Translations under genes and position numbers: made by a program
Notes under the pieces: model-generated
What the model saw: only the letters and a program-made list of their open reading frames with translations
Told to the model about the DNA's origin: nothing
Database searches by the model: none
In this document: piece after piece, positions 1-12,200 of the stretch
Layout of the letters: each line of letters opens with the position of its first letter
How positions within the stretch are numbered: the first letter of the stretch is position 1
DNA from: Podarcis pityusensis
Taxonomy: Eukaryota
Length of the DNA: 64,000 bases
Reading direction: 5' to 3' (one strand)
Assembly (NCBI GenBank): GCA_964106645.2
Contig: OZ067050.1

Positions 1-454
1 GGTGCCCTCCAGCTATTACTGAAATCCCAGTCAGGGCAAATGGGATCTCCTGGGATAGTTAAGGATGATGGAAGCTGTGGGTGCTTTAGCTGAGATTCCT
101 GCATTGCATTGGGGGTGGACTAGATGTCCCTCAGAATCCCTTCCAGCTCTGCGATTCTATGAACATCCGGAAGGCACCATGTTGGGTATCTGATTACAGG
201 AGGAATGGAAGCAAAATGAAAGGAGGATCCCTGTTGAAGAACGCTATGCAAATAAATGAGTTTTTAAAACAAATACAGAGACAAAAGGAAGCGAGCAAGA
301 AAAATAAACAAGCATAGAGACCACGGGTCTATGGGACACAGTACCGCAATCAAACAACACATTTCAAACTAGTTTTAAGAAGGACAGAGTGCCATCTACT
401 GGGGACGCAGAAAACAACCATTTAAAAGAATTCACTTTTTACCAAATACATATT

Positions 455-1139
455 TCACCCTGAGGGGCAGATGGGGCTTGTCAACCTGGGAAGGCAGTTC
501 ATCTAGAAGAAGGGAAACTCTCATCCTAAACCTCTGCTGCCTTGCAGAATATCTTTGGAAGAAGTAAACCCTACACAAATCTGGAGTGGAGTCCCTAAGA
601 CGGTTGGATGGTGCCTTGTATGCTTCCTTCCGGCAACTCCTGCAGCCCAGCTGGTGCCAAATGTTTTGCTCTGCTTTCCTTTGGACCACATCAGTGAGGT
701 CAAGACAAGAGTCTTGTTGTCTGGGCAGCCCAGGACCTCCATACACACTGCCCAGGCTTGCGCCCTGGGGAGGTCACTTTGATGCTGCTAAGAAGAAGAA
801 GAAGAAGAGTTTGGATTTGATATCCCGCTTTATCACTACCCGAAGGAGTCTCAAAGCAGCTAACATTCTCCTTTCCCTTCCTCCCCCACAACAAACACTC
901 TGTGAGGTGAGTGGGGCTGAGAGACTTCAGAGAAGTGTGACTAGCCCAAGGTCACCCAGCAGCTGCATGTGGAGGAGCGGGGACGCGAACCCGGTTCACC
1001 AGATTACGAATCTACTGTTCTTAACCACTACACCACACTGGCTCTCACACCACACTGGCTCTCACTGCTAACACCGTGGTTTGGCTTCACCCCTGGAGGC
1101 GCACTCCATTGTGTCTCAGGACAGGTAGATGCCAACAAC
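455..1139 (+). mobile_element. RTE-related retroelement fragment, interrupted by a SINE
   Basis: 3' end GGTTTGGCTTCACCCCTGGAGGCGCACTCCATTGT...GATGCCAACAAC resembles RTE-type 3' termini; a related end occurs inverted at about 5125-5185. Confidence 0.5.
791..1062 (-). mobile_element. tRNA-derived SINE with (CTT)n tail (Squam3-like)
   Basis: tRNA-like head (gagagccagtgtggtgtagtggttaag), (CTT)n tail, flanked by duplicated ctgcta; near-identical copies at 6055, 44529 and 45463. Confidence 0.85.
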
Positions 1140-1431
1140 GATTTCACCCTGATTCAGTGGTTCTGTTGCCCAAGTTGTTAGGCTAGTTTCATTCGTTCAA
1201 TCTAGGCAAGGCGATGCTTATTATGACAAAGAATATGGTTGGCCTATTAGATTTCATTAAGATTCAAATCCTGTTAATCCCCATGCACCTGAAGGAATGT
1301 TCTTCCTTTCCTCGTAGAAGGCAGTGGCCCAGTTCATACACAACACAAAGTGAAACCATGGCTTAGTGCAAGCAAGCAAAAAGTAGCTTCCCAGAGCGAA
1401 GGCAGCAGCTGCCATGCTCTTCTCCCAGGTC

Positions 1432-2276
1432 TAGGGATGGGGAAGAAAGTCAGTTCAGGTCACATTTAAGGGCAAGCCTACCTAATTTGCACAAAGAAAC
1501 TTCCTTTGAAATTCACACTTCTACACATTTTGCAAGACACTTCTCCAGCCAATTAATGTGTATCGCTTTTGCAATTTCCGCTGATATATGTCTTTGTATG
1601 ATCACTTAAGCCTAGTACATGAAGGGTTTTTTTTATTAACATATAAAACACATACATTTCCATTTACACAATACATATACACAACACACTACCTTATTTT
1701 CATAGCATAAAACATACCTACATTACTCTATAGAACACCTACCTATGCTATACATATCAACATACCTACACACCTACCCCACATGGACACCCACCAAGTG
1801 ACTTGACTTCCAGCTGTTCTTGTTACGCTACATTATTTTTACAATTAGCTTAAATGCATTTCATTATTTCTTTAATCTCTTCTTCTGTCTTAACTTTATT
1901 CTCCTTTCACTCTAATCATTTTCTGGATTCACTCAATATCTGTCAAAAGTTCTACTTTTTCCACATAGATTTTGCTGTAATCCTTAAAGATAGCCCACTC
2001 CTTATTCACTTTTTGTACCATATCTCCTCTTATCCTTCCTGTTAATTCGGCAATATGGAAGTATTCCATCATTTTAGATACATGAAGTTTTAAGTGATCA
2101 TACAAAGGCCTATATTAGCAGAAATTGCAAAATTATATTACAGGAAATTGCAAAATTCAGAGAAGTGCAAATTCCAAAGGATTGACATGTTTCAGCTCAC
2201 ATATTGGTTTGGGGAGAGCAAATGAGGCAGGTTCACATACAAAATGCAAACTGAACTCATTTCTCCACAATCCCTA
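1432..2276. mobile_element. Old non-autonomous DNA transposon (TAGGGAT...ATCCCTA termini, hAT-like) with an internal AT-rich L1-like insert
   Basis: Terminal inverted repeats; related degenerate copies at about 25860-26210, 37640-38290, 40620-40938, 52530-52975, 55661-56050 and 62370-62630. Confidence 0.55.
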
Positions 2277-2329
2277 GCACAAAGGCAAAAGTCAAGGAGT
2301 TCAAGGAAGATAATAGTAGAGCAGAGATC

Positions 2330-2880
2330 TTAGGCAGTGAAAAGATCACCTGTGATTTTTAACAAGGGCCGTTTCAGTGGAGCACAGAGGGTAGAGGTCC
2401 CATTGAAAGGGGTCAAGATGGAGGCTAGAAGAGAGAAGCTCAAGAAAAGGAACAGCGCACTCCAGGGATTTGGAGGCAAAAGGGTGGGGGGGAAGCAAGA
2501 TCAACCAAGATCCTAGAGGGCAAGGATGAGTCAGTGAAGGGGGGAGGGGGTTGGAGAATGTGGAGCAGGCAGGTGGAGGGCAGATCTTAGCAGAGCATCA
2601 AATACAGAAATTCCAGAGATTGTTCCAGCGATTGTTGCAATGGGTGTGGATCAGGGTGGTTCAGTAATGTTGCTTGGCCGGATAAAAAGCAGAAGGTAAA
2701 GGAAAGATTCGGAACTGAAACTGTTTTCTACCAAGACCTCTCAGCAACCATGAAAGCATAAGTGGGGGTAATGAATTGAGGGACAGCAAGCCAGGGCTGG
2801 AGTTCAATGGGGTGAAAATCTTGATGGGGCCAATGAAGCAAATGTTGAAGATAGGGAGGAGTGGAAATTGAGAACTGTCT
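2330..2880 (-). mobile_element. Degenerate L2 LINE ORF2 fragment
   Basis: Minus-strand QPWL...AERSW*K motif typical of L2/CR1 ORF2. Confidence 0.5.
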
Positions 2881-3983
2881 TATCAGTGCAGTTTCCTCCT
2901 GCCCAACATATGGTTGGCATTCCATGCCCACTGGGCATGCTCAGTTCTCATTGGGCTCTTTTGTGTCTCCCAGAGTGGGTGGGCATAAAGATATACCAAA
3001 AAAACACAGGTTTTCAGGTTCCCGAGTCGCATGATACCTCGCATGATATAGGGGTGGTGTCATTTTGGATTGGCACTAGAGAATAAGTGGGGCCCTGCAG
3101 CAAACTCTATTCCATCCCCTTTCTACCCACCCCAGTTTTCCTTGTTGTCATCCCCCCCTCAACACTGAGCATTCCATTCCCACTGAGCATGCTCAGTACT
3201 TGTTGGACTGTTTGAGTTTCTTCCTCCATTTTGTCCCCACCCCCCATTTTGGATATGGGAGGGTGAACACACCTGAGATACATTAGCATCTTGTACTTCT
3301 TAAGTGATTTCAGTGGGTAGCAGTGGAGGACTTGGGTACTACAGAGCCCTGTGCAAGGCCAAATTTGCTCCCCTCCCCAACCCTCGCAGGCATCAGGTTG
3401 ACCCCTGACCAGATCCAGCAGCCTCTTGCTGTGTTCTTATGTTTTGCTCAATAACCCACATAAGTAGCAACTTTGTTTATTTCTCCCCACAAATCACTGT
3501 GTTTTGAGTCCACTGGGAAAACTGTGAATAGAAAGTAGAGCATCGAAACAAAACACACACGTTCTTCCTTCTCCTTCTCTTCCATCTCCCTTCTCCTCTC
3601 CAAGCCCTCCCCTCTCAAACACAGGGCATTTCCTCAGTTAATTTAGTTTCATTTCTCAGAATAGAAAAGCAGGGAAAGAGGTTATGAATTAAACTTTCTG
3701 AAGAAAAAAACAGGGCGAAAGAGCTGCTTGGAAGGCTGGGGACTCCCTGACCCGCCTCGACATGCCTTGTTAATGGGGTGATGCGACTTGGGAACGTGAG
3801 AGTCTGCTCTGCTTGGCTGTGTCATTCAGGATTCACACAGAGGTGATGCACACCCTTAAGAGGCAGGCTGGAAACTGCTGACTTGCTTCTGTGTTCTGCC
3901 CAACAGGCTGCCAAAGTTACATGGCAGCATAAGGGCATCACACGCAATTAGAAAACCCATCCCCCTTTATGGTATTTCCCTGC

Positions 3984-4953
3984 ATAGAATCGTAGAGTTG
4001 GAAGGGACCCTGAGGATCATCTAGTCCAACCCCCAGCGATGCCAGAATATGCAGCTGTTCCATACAGGAATCAAACCTGCAGCCTTGGTGTTATCAGCAC
4101 CACATTCTAACCAACTGAGCTGAATGAATGAATGAATGAATGAATGAATGAATGAATCTTTATTTGCGTCAGCCATCGGCCATAGCAATAAAACAACAAT
4201 ACGATATACAAAGAATAGAAATAAAAACTCAGTTATATAAAATACATTTTAGGGTTTTGAATCAATAGTCAAATGGTGGATCTTATTCTGATTGCCCCAG
4301 CTAAAAACCTTGCAGCCTTTGCTGTCATCTGCTCATCCTGATCTGCCAAGAGAAAGGACACTGTGGCAGTGGTTGGGCAATAAAAGAGGGGTAACCTCAT
4401 TCCTCAAGTCTTTATAAAGAGTGCAAGGCAGAACGGCATGCGCCACCAATTCAATTCGGTACTGCCATCTCCACAGGGACATAAGCATTTTTCATGTGGA
4501 ATCTGTTAGAATCATCCCTCCAGTATAGCCGAGGACGATACATTCAATCTTGCGAGAGTAAAAACACGTCTATATTTTAGAATTGCTAGATATCTATGCA
4601 GATAGGGTGCCAGAGAGTTGAAATGGGAAGGTGGAAAATAGTCATATCATGGGCAAAATTTCCTTATTGTGGCCAAGTTGTTCTGACACTTGATACCATT
4701 TAGGCACTGACAAATTAGACTGTTTGCTTTACTAAAACCCAAAGTGTGTAGCTGTTGTGGTGATAAACCACAAGAGTGTAGTTTTTGATAGACAATTTTA
4801 GTCCAGGCACTCTTGTGACAATCTTGCAGCATTAGGGATATTAAACAGGGGGGATTTGAGTTTAGGCGAAGCCATTAGTTAAGTGCCCTACACCAGGTCC
4901 ATAATTCTACCTAGGGAAGATTAGCCTCTAGGAGCAACCAACTGAGCTATCCA
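3984..4953 (-). mobile_element. tRNA-head SINE with CR1-like 3' tail, split by a LINE insertion
   Basis: Head tagctcagttggttagaatgtggtgctgataacaccaagg; tail cccttccaactctacgattctatg; split at a 13-bp target site duplication (TSD). Confidence 0.65.
4122..4935 (-). mobile_element. 5'-truncated LINE (RTE-X-like) with (TTCA)n tail
   Basis: TSD aaccaactgagct at 4109-4121 and 4936-4948; (TGAA)n at 4121-4156; degenerate minus-strand ORF ...RRVFTLARLN...CLCPCG...H...C.LYKDLR with a Zn-knuckle-like C-terminus. Confidence 0.7.
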
Positions 4954-6054
4954 GATGCTGAGGATTCCCGACCCCTCGCTGTCCTACCACACAAGTCCGT
5001 CCACTTTCCTGCATGAAGGGATGGTGCATGTGTCATCTTCACTGTTAAATAAAATGCAAAAGGATGAGGCTATCCAGATTTGCCATAGGACCGAAAAATC
5101 CTTCCGGAACAATAGATTTTAGCATACGTCTGTCTTGGGAGACAATGGAGGAGTGTGCCTTTGGGAGTGAAGTCAAACCATTGGATAGTTACACTGCTTG
5201 CTGCGACTGTAGAACAGAGGTTTTCAACCAGTGTGCTGTGGCATCTTGGGGTGCTTTGAATGATGGTCAGGGGTGCCGTGGGCAACACTGGCCTCTGTCC
5301 CTCTTCCCGTCCCTCCCTCCTCTGATGCCCTCTTGCATCTCTGCCTCCCAAAGGCTTGTGTGGTTGTTTGTTGTGTGTGTGTGTTTGTGTGTGTGTTTAA
5401 TTTTTTAATTTTTTTTACCAACAATCAAAACACAAACAGTGAAAACGAACAGTGAAAACCCCCAGGCAGCTGTTACATTGGGTATACATAATCAATAATA
5501 ACATATTCAAATCAACCATATGTATAATTCTATATACCTTAACACTCATCCCTCCACAAGGTTTGTTTAACTTTTAACATTTTAATTGCCCCAAATTGTT
5601 CAAACCTGCCCAAATAATTCAATATTTTCTCAAACCAATCCTCCTCTTTTTTACTGACCTTAAACCCTTTCATTTTATATATTTGTTGTTTGTTGCAACA
5701 GCCCCAGGCAAATGGTGCCTCTGGCGCAGGCCAGAGGGTGCTGGTTGCCAGGACCTGAGGTGGCCTCGGAGTAGGCAAGCAAGTAGGTGAGGGAGCCCAG
5801 CCAGCCAGCCAGCCCTCGCTGTTGGGAATGGACAGACAAGTGGGAGGCTGGGCAGGCAGGCAGGTGCTGCCCTGGCCTTTCTTGTGCTTGCTGTGTGAAA
5901 GGCCTGCCTGGGAGCTGCATGCCCAGCACCGAAGGGGAGCCATTCTGCCATGCAGGCCTGGCAACGCCCACTGCTACCTCCCAAGGTGAGTAAGGGGCTG
6001 TCCTCATGTTCACCTTTGGCCAATCTCTGTCAGGCTGTTATGGCTGGGGGCATC

Positions 6055-6305
6055 CAGCCAGTGTGGTATAATGTTTAAGAGCAGTAGACTTGTAATCTGG
6101 TGAACCGGCTTCGATTCCCTGCTCCTCCACATGCAGCTGCTGGGTGACTTTGGGCCAGTCACACTCCTCTGAAGTCTCTCAGCCTCACTCACCTCACAGA
6201 GTGTTTGTTGTGGGGGAGGAAGGGAAAAGGAGATTGTTAGCTGCTTTGAGACTCCTTAGGGTAGTGATAAAGCAGGATATCAAATCCAAACTCTTCTTCT
6301 TCTTC
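6055..6305 (+). mobile_element. Squam3-like SINE
   Basis: Same family as 791-1062; CTT tail. Confidence 0.85.
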
Positions 6306-8607
6306 TCTTCCCAGGCCCCTGTGGGGCACTGTGAGGAGGCACCCCTCTTTGGGGCAGGGGGTGGCTCAGAGACTGGGGTGGTAGCGGTAGCTGCCTGGAA
6401 GACTCCCAAGGAGAGGGGAGAGGAGAGAAGGCTGAGGGAACACTCCACAAGGGAGGGTGTTCAAAAAGGGGTGAGGGGCTGCCGGCTCTGAAGGCAAGGG
6501 GTGACATAACTGGGCTCCTGAGCCCCACAGGGTTGCCACAGAAAGAATGTGGTTGGTTAAGTAAGCCATGGGCTCAAAAGTTTGGAAACCTTTGCTGCAG
6601 ATCATTGATCTGGCAAGCACCACTATGGATACTGGATAGGACTGGCGTTTGCTCCAGGATTGTGAAAGTTATGGCGTTGACTCCAGTGTCATCTCTTGCC
6701 CTTGTGAACCCGTATTAGTCAGATGGAGCAGAACCTTCATTGGTGCAGTCAGAAGCAATACAAAAAGGTGCTCATGTCTTTCTTCAATGTGATGGCCGTG
6801 GTTGATGGAGAATGACTAACAGGTTAACAAAAGCTTGCCTCTGTGGTCTCAAAAGATGATTTATGTTTCTGGGTTTGGCAAAGGGTATGCGTGATGCAAT
6901 GTATCTAACATTATTTTAATTGAAAAGGAGATTTAGCTAGTCAGCAGTCATGACAAGCTTTAAGTAATTAGTGGGATAAAAAACAACAACTTCATCTGCC
7001 CTTTGAAAGCCGGGAGGAAAATTAGCCAGTATACGCTAAGTGCACTATCATAGACTCACCTGCCACCATTCATTGACAGCATAATTATTTTCAATCCAGA
7101 ATTAAGCATAGAATCACAGAATTAAGATGATGGTTTTTAAAAAATTACTTTTCAAGCAAGCATTTGAACTGCATCCAAAATATACTGTGACCTCTACTCA
7201 AGGCAGGGCACTTACAGGTACTTGCCATTTTAAAAAAGGGGGGAGGGGAGTCAAATAGCTGATGGATCACAAAACATTAAGGATCCTTTCATAGGAAATT
7301 CTTATGTAGATAGCAGAATAAAAATCCTACCACCTTCCTGATTATCTTTGTTTTACCGAAACTGTTGGATTTTTAAAGCAACAAATCAAATAATCCTCTG
7401 AAATTAACAAAGAAAAATAAACTGAATAAACTGGATTCCCTCCCGGTGTAGCCATATAGCATTGTATCGCATTGCATTAATGCAAAAACCGGTGTGCTTT
7501 TAAAGCAGAGCTTAAACCCCATTCACCAAATGACAGCTGCTTCTAGACATAATGGCAATAGAGGGAAAATTATTCAGTGCTGCTACTGCAAGTGCATAAC
7601 TTTACACCCCCTTTCAAAAGGCCTATGCCCCGTTGGTCAGCATCAAAAGCCATATTAGCTTTTCTGCAAGCTTTCCCACAATGTGGTTGTTTTCATTATG
7701 ACTGCTGCCATTTGTTGCCATTTTTATGCGTGCATGCATTAAAAATCTGTTTATGTTTGTCTTGGGGTATTTTTTTAAAAAAAATCTTCGTATCTTTTTA
7801 TTATTTAGTATGTTTTCTTCTGCAGAAAAGGGTCTGATAGATTAGATCAATCTCTCTGTGAGATATGGTCTTTCCTCCCTTTCTAAACTAAATAGCAGTG
7901 GAGCTAGGGTTGCCATATTCCCCAAAGCTGAGCTTTTTTTGGAAAAGTCCCCCCAGAAAGCCCGATTCCTGGAAAACCCAGACATAAGTCAGTCCTAAGA
8001 GAAGCGATGGGGAAGGGAGCCTATAAGCTATATGACAGCTCAGCACAGTGATAAACAGGAGCCACCAGCTACTAGTTATGAACTTCTGTGGTTCTAAGAA
8101 TCTGATTTGCCCCCCTGAATCTCTGTGGTCCAAAATCTCTCTCTGGTGTAAAGGGTCAGGGACCTGTGCTTTAGTCCAGCTAGTCCAGGACTCTGTTCTC
8201 CCATTGGTCAACCAGATGCTTATGGGAAGCTCTCAGGCAGGATTCAAGCATGACAGCGCTCTCCACTCTCATGGTTTCCAGCAACTGGTGTTCAGAGATA
8301 TATTGCCTCAAACCGTGAAGGTCAAACATAGCCATCAGGGTTAGTAGGCATCGACAGCCTTCTCCTGAGTGAATTTGTCCAGTCCTCTTTTAAAGCTATC
8401 CAAGTTGTTGGCTCTCCCTGTCTCTTGTGGAAACAAGCTCCTCAGTTTAACCACACACCGTGTGAAGAAGTTCTTCGTTTTTGTCTACACTGGAATAAAA
8501 CCTGCAGAATCAGCGTTAACCTGAAAGTTAACGCTGCAATTCCGGCAAGATGTGTGCAAAAGGTAGAAGGAAAAAAGAGTCACGGTAATGCAGGGATAAA
8601 ACGAGCA

Positions 8608-8837
8608 TATAGTGGAACCTCGGGTTAAGAACTTAATTCGTTCCAGAGGTCCGTTCTTAACCTGAAACTGTTCTTAACCTGAGGTACCACTTTAGCTAAT
8701 GGGGCCTCCTGCTGCCGCTGCACTGCCACTGCACGATTTCTGTTCTCATCCTGAGGTAAATTTCTTAACCTGAGGTACTATTTCTGGGTTAGTGGAGTCT
8801 GTAACCTGAAGCGTCTGTAACCCGAGGTACCACTGTA
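8608..8837. mobile_element. Tc1/mariner (Tigger-like) MITE
   Basis: TIR (C)AGTGG(T)ACCTCGGGTTA...CCCGAGGTACCACTG with flanking TA; inverted homolog at 20127-20356. Confidence 0.85.
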
Positions 8838-9121
8838 CCTAAAGAAATAGCATGCAATAATGTGTTAGGAAGCAGCAAAGCTATAAAAAGGAAAGTACAG
8901 TAATTACTCAATTGAGTTCCAAGTACTCTAATGAAAGGTTTGGCCCACCCAGCTCCACCTATTCTCCATGTTGACATGCTGATTAACCAGAGGGAAGAAC
9001 CCAAGCATGCATATTGGGATTAGCTATTAATTATTATAATTAGCTAATGATGGGCTAGGCTAGCAATTTGGCAAAAAAACACACCATACACTTAAGAGTA
9101 TGATGCAATTGCACATTTGTG

Positions 9122-9128
9122 TATAAAA
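9122..9128 (+). promoter_or_regulatory. TATA box of keratin gene A
   Basis: TATAAAA 84 bp upstream of the ATG at 9206. Confidence 0.8.
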
Positions 9129-9205
9129 AGGTAAAAACTGCCTTCCGAGGTCACCATCGCTGCATTTCTGCACAGGGAAGGTCCTCTGTACATTGTGCTG
9201 CAAAC

Positions 9206-12200
9206 ATGAGTTTCTTTAGCCAGTCCTCCAGGCAAGCCGCTTCTTCCCGCAGCAGCAGCAACAGCAGCCGAGGACCTGCAAGGATGTCTGGCCATGGAGC
9301 ATGCAGCTTCAGCGGTGGATCGAGCAGCAGGGCCTTTGGTGGAAGCTCCAGTTTCAGTGGTGGATCGAGCGGCAGGGGCTTGGGTGGAAGCTCAAGCTTC
9401 AGCGGTGGATCTAGCAGAAGGACCATTGGTGGAGGCTCCAGCTGTGGTGGCGGCGCCTGGGGCTCTGGCGGGGGCATGTGCGGTATGAATGGGATGTCTG
9501 AGAGCAGAGGGAGATGGAGTTCTGGTGGCATGTCATGTGGTGCTGGTGGGTCCTGGGGCTCAAGTGCTGGGTGGGGTGCCGTTGGAGGTGGGTCGGCCGG
9601 GGGCTTTAACGGCTTCGGGGGCAGCGAGGGCGGACTCCTTTCCGGCAGCGAGAAGCAGACGATGCAAAATCTCAACGACCGCTTGGCAGCCTATCTGAAC
9701 AACGTCCAAGCGCTGGAGGAGGCGAACAGTGACCTGGAGAGGAAGATTGCAGAATGGTACGAGAAGTTTGGAGGAAGCACCAGAGGCGGAGAGCAACGGG
9801 ATTACAGCAAGTATTACACAGTCATCGATGACCTTAGGGCGCAGGTATGGAAAGAAACAAGCCACGCAGATATGTCGCAGGGCTTTATTTGCTGCGTTTG
9901 TTCGATTCACAAGGCTTATACAGTCGTACCTTGGAAGTCAAACGGAATCCATTCCGGAAGTCCGTTCGACTCCCAAAATGTTCGGAAAACAAAGTGCTTC
10001 CTGCAGCCAATGGGAAGCTGCGGAAGCCCCTTCAGATGTTCGGCTTCCCAAAATAGTTTGCAAACCGGAACATCACTTCTTTTGCGTTCAGGAGCCAATA
10101 TGTTCAAGAACTAAGTTGTTCAAAAACCAAGGTACGGCTATATTTATGTTGTGAATTTGCAGGTGGAGGGGGGCAGGAGAGAGTTAATGGGGCCAGAAGG
10201 ACTGCTGAGGTCCCTTAATGGTCAACAAGCCAAGTTGCCAAACACATCTATTAGGAAAATTACTGGTGAATGGCCCTTAATAACTAGGAAATAACTGGAG
10301 ACACCAGAACATAGGAAGGTGCCTTACACTTAGCCAAGCTACTCATCCAACTATGTTGGTGTTGTCTACACTGAGTCATAGTGACTGTCCATGATTTCAG
10401 AGAGGCTTCTCTCCTAGTCTGTTCTGGAGATGCCAGGGATTGAATCTGCATGCAAAGCAGATGCTCTATCATTGAGTTACAGCCCTTTCTCAAAGACACC
10501 CCTGGAAGGTGAGATCCATTTTGACAAAGGGCATACTTTTATTCCCCCAACCCTCACATTATTATTATTATCAATTGAGTTTATCTACTGCCCTATACCC
10601 AGAGGTCTCGGGGCGGGTCACAGAAATATTGTAACCTTTCTTCATAGAGGAGTAGCCCCAGCTCCCCAGTCATTTATTGCTGAAATATTAATTTTATTTA
10701 CCTACTTTTCTGTGGTTTTTTTGTTAGTATTCTTCCATTCTAATTAAAAAAACTCCTTAAACTTATTGGATGCTTAGTTTTAGACAAAATCTATTCTAAC
10801 TATATAAAAGAGAAGAAAGAAATGATGTTGTTTTAAAACCCGTATATCTCTCATCTGTCTATTTAATACTATATATTCCCCTCATTAATTAACCAGACTT
10901 GTCTTGACTTCCCACAACAAAGGGAGACAGTTAAGAAATATAACATAATTCATAATCCGTCCTATTCTTAATGGTGCTAAATAATAATTACTGTACAAAT
11001 TAAAATTGGGTAGGAATTTCCAACAGCACTGTCGTTTATTTCTCTGGGGGAAGCCATGACTATTTAAAGTGGTATCATAGTGCTTTAAATGTGTGTGAAT
11101 GAGTTGGGAGAGGAACTTACTGCATGTCCGAATTCAACATTCAATTATATATTAATTATTGATTCTTTCTTTTGCAGATAATTGCTGCAATTACAGACAA
11201 TGGCGGCCTCATTTTGCAGGTTGACAATGCTAGGCTGGCTGCTGCTGACTTCAAGCTGAAGTAAGTGGGACAAAATGGGCATCTGCTCCACATCCTGGTG
11301 GAGATGTTTGCTGAATCATTCGTGTAGAGCAGAAAAACCAGCCTATTGTGAGATCTCCGGCATGCATATCCCATGAGGTGTAAATACAGTACATTTACTG
11401 TATGCTTGGGTGGAACAAATTCATACTCACCAGCCAATGAATTGCATTTGTATGCTCCAGCACAGACCCAACCATGTCAACTCAGAAGTACGTCCCATGG
11501 AGTTCAGTGGGGCTTACTCCCAAGGGTTATAGGGCTGCAGCCCTAATTTCACATCATAAATTTAGCTGAGTGCTTAACTAATTCCAGGTTTGGTTCATAA
11601 TGTGTGACAAAAACACCGCTGATAACCACACCTTCTTTAAAACCTGATATGCAAGCAAATAGCCCCAACATAAAGCTGTGGGTTAAACCACAGAGCCTAG
11701 GACTTGCCGATCAGAAGGTTGGCAGTTCGAAACCTCATGACGGGGTGAGCTCCCGTTGCTCGGTCCCTGCTCCTGCCAACCTAGCAGTTTGAAAGCACAT
11801 CAAACTACAAGTAGATAAATAGGTACCACTCTGGTGGGAAGGTAAACGGCATTTCCATGCGCTGCTCTGGTTCGCCAGAAGCGGCTTAGTCATGCTGGCC
11901 ACATGACCCAGAAGCTGTACGCCGGCTCCCTCGGCCAATATAGCGAGATGAGCGCCGCAACCCCAGAGTCGGTCATGACTGGACCTACTGGTCAGGGGTC
12001 CCTTTACCTTTAAAATAATATAGGAACTTAAGAAGAGCCTGCTGAATCAGGCCAGTGGCCCATCTAGTCCAGCATCCTGTTCCCACAGTGGCCTGTGGGA
12101 AATCTGCAAGCAGGATTTGAGCGCAAGAGACCTCTCTCCTCCTGTGGTTTCCAGGAACTGGTCTTCAGAAGCATTGTTGCCTCCAGCCGTGAAGAAAACT

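Noticed and set aside
586-1071. 161-aa ORF and similar ORFs at 6010-6491, 44348-44870 and 45435-45692
   Set aside because: Translations of Squam3-like SINE copies
9119-9205. Upstream extensions of exon 1 ORFs in the ORF track (9119, 39478) and read-through into introns
   Set aside because: They start at non-ATG codons overlapping the TATA box or 5' UTR; the true starts are 9206 and 39526, and the exons end at GT donors
9151-9675. Long Pro-rich minus-strand ORFs (also 39661-40074, 39687-39914, 57460-58122)
   Set aside because: Antisense shadows of Gly-rich keratin head codons; no independent gene signals
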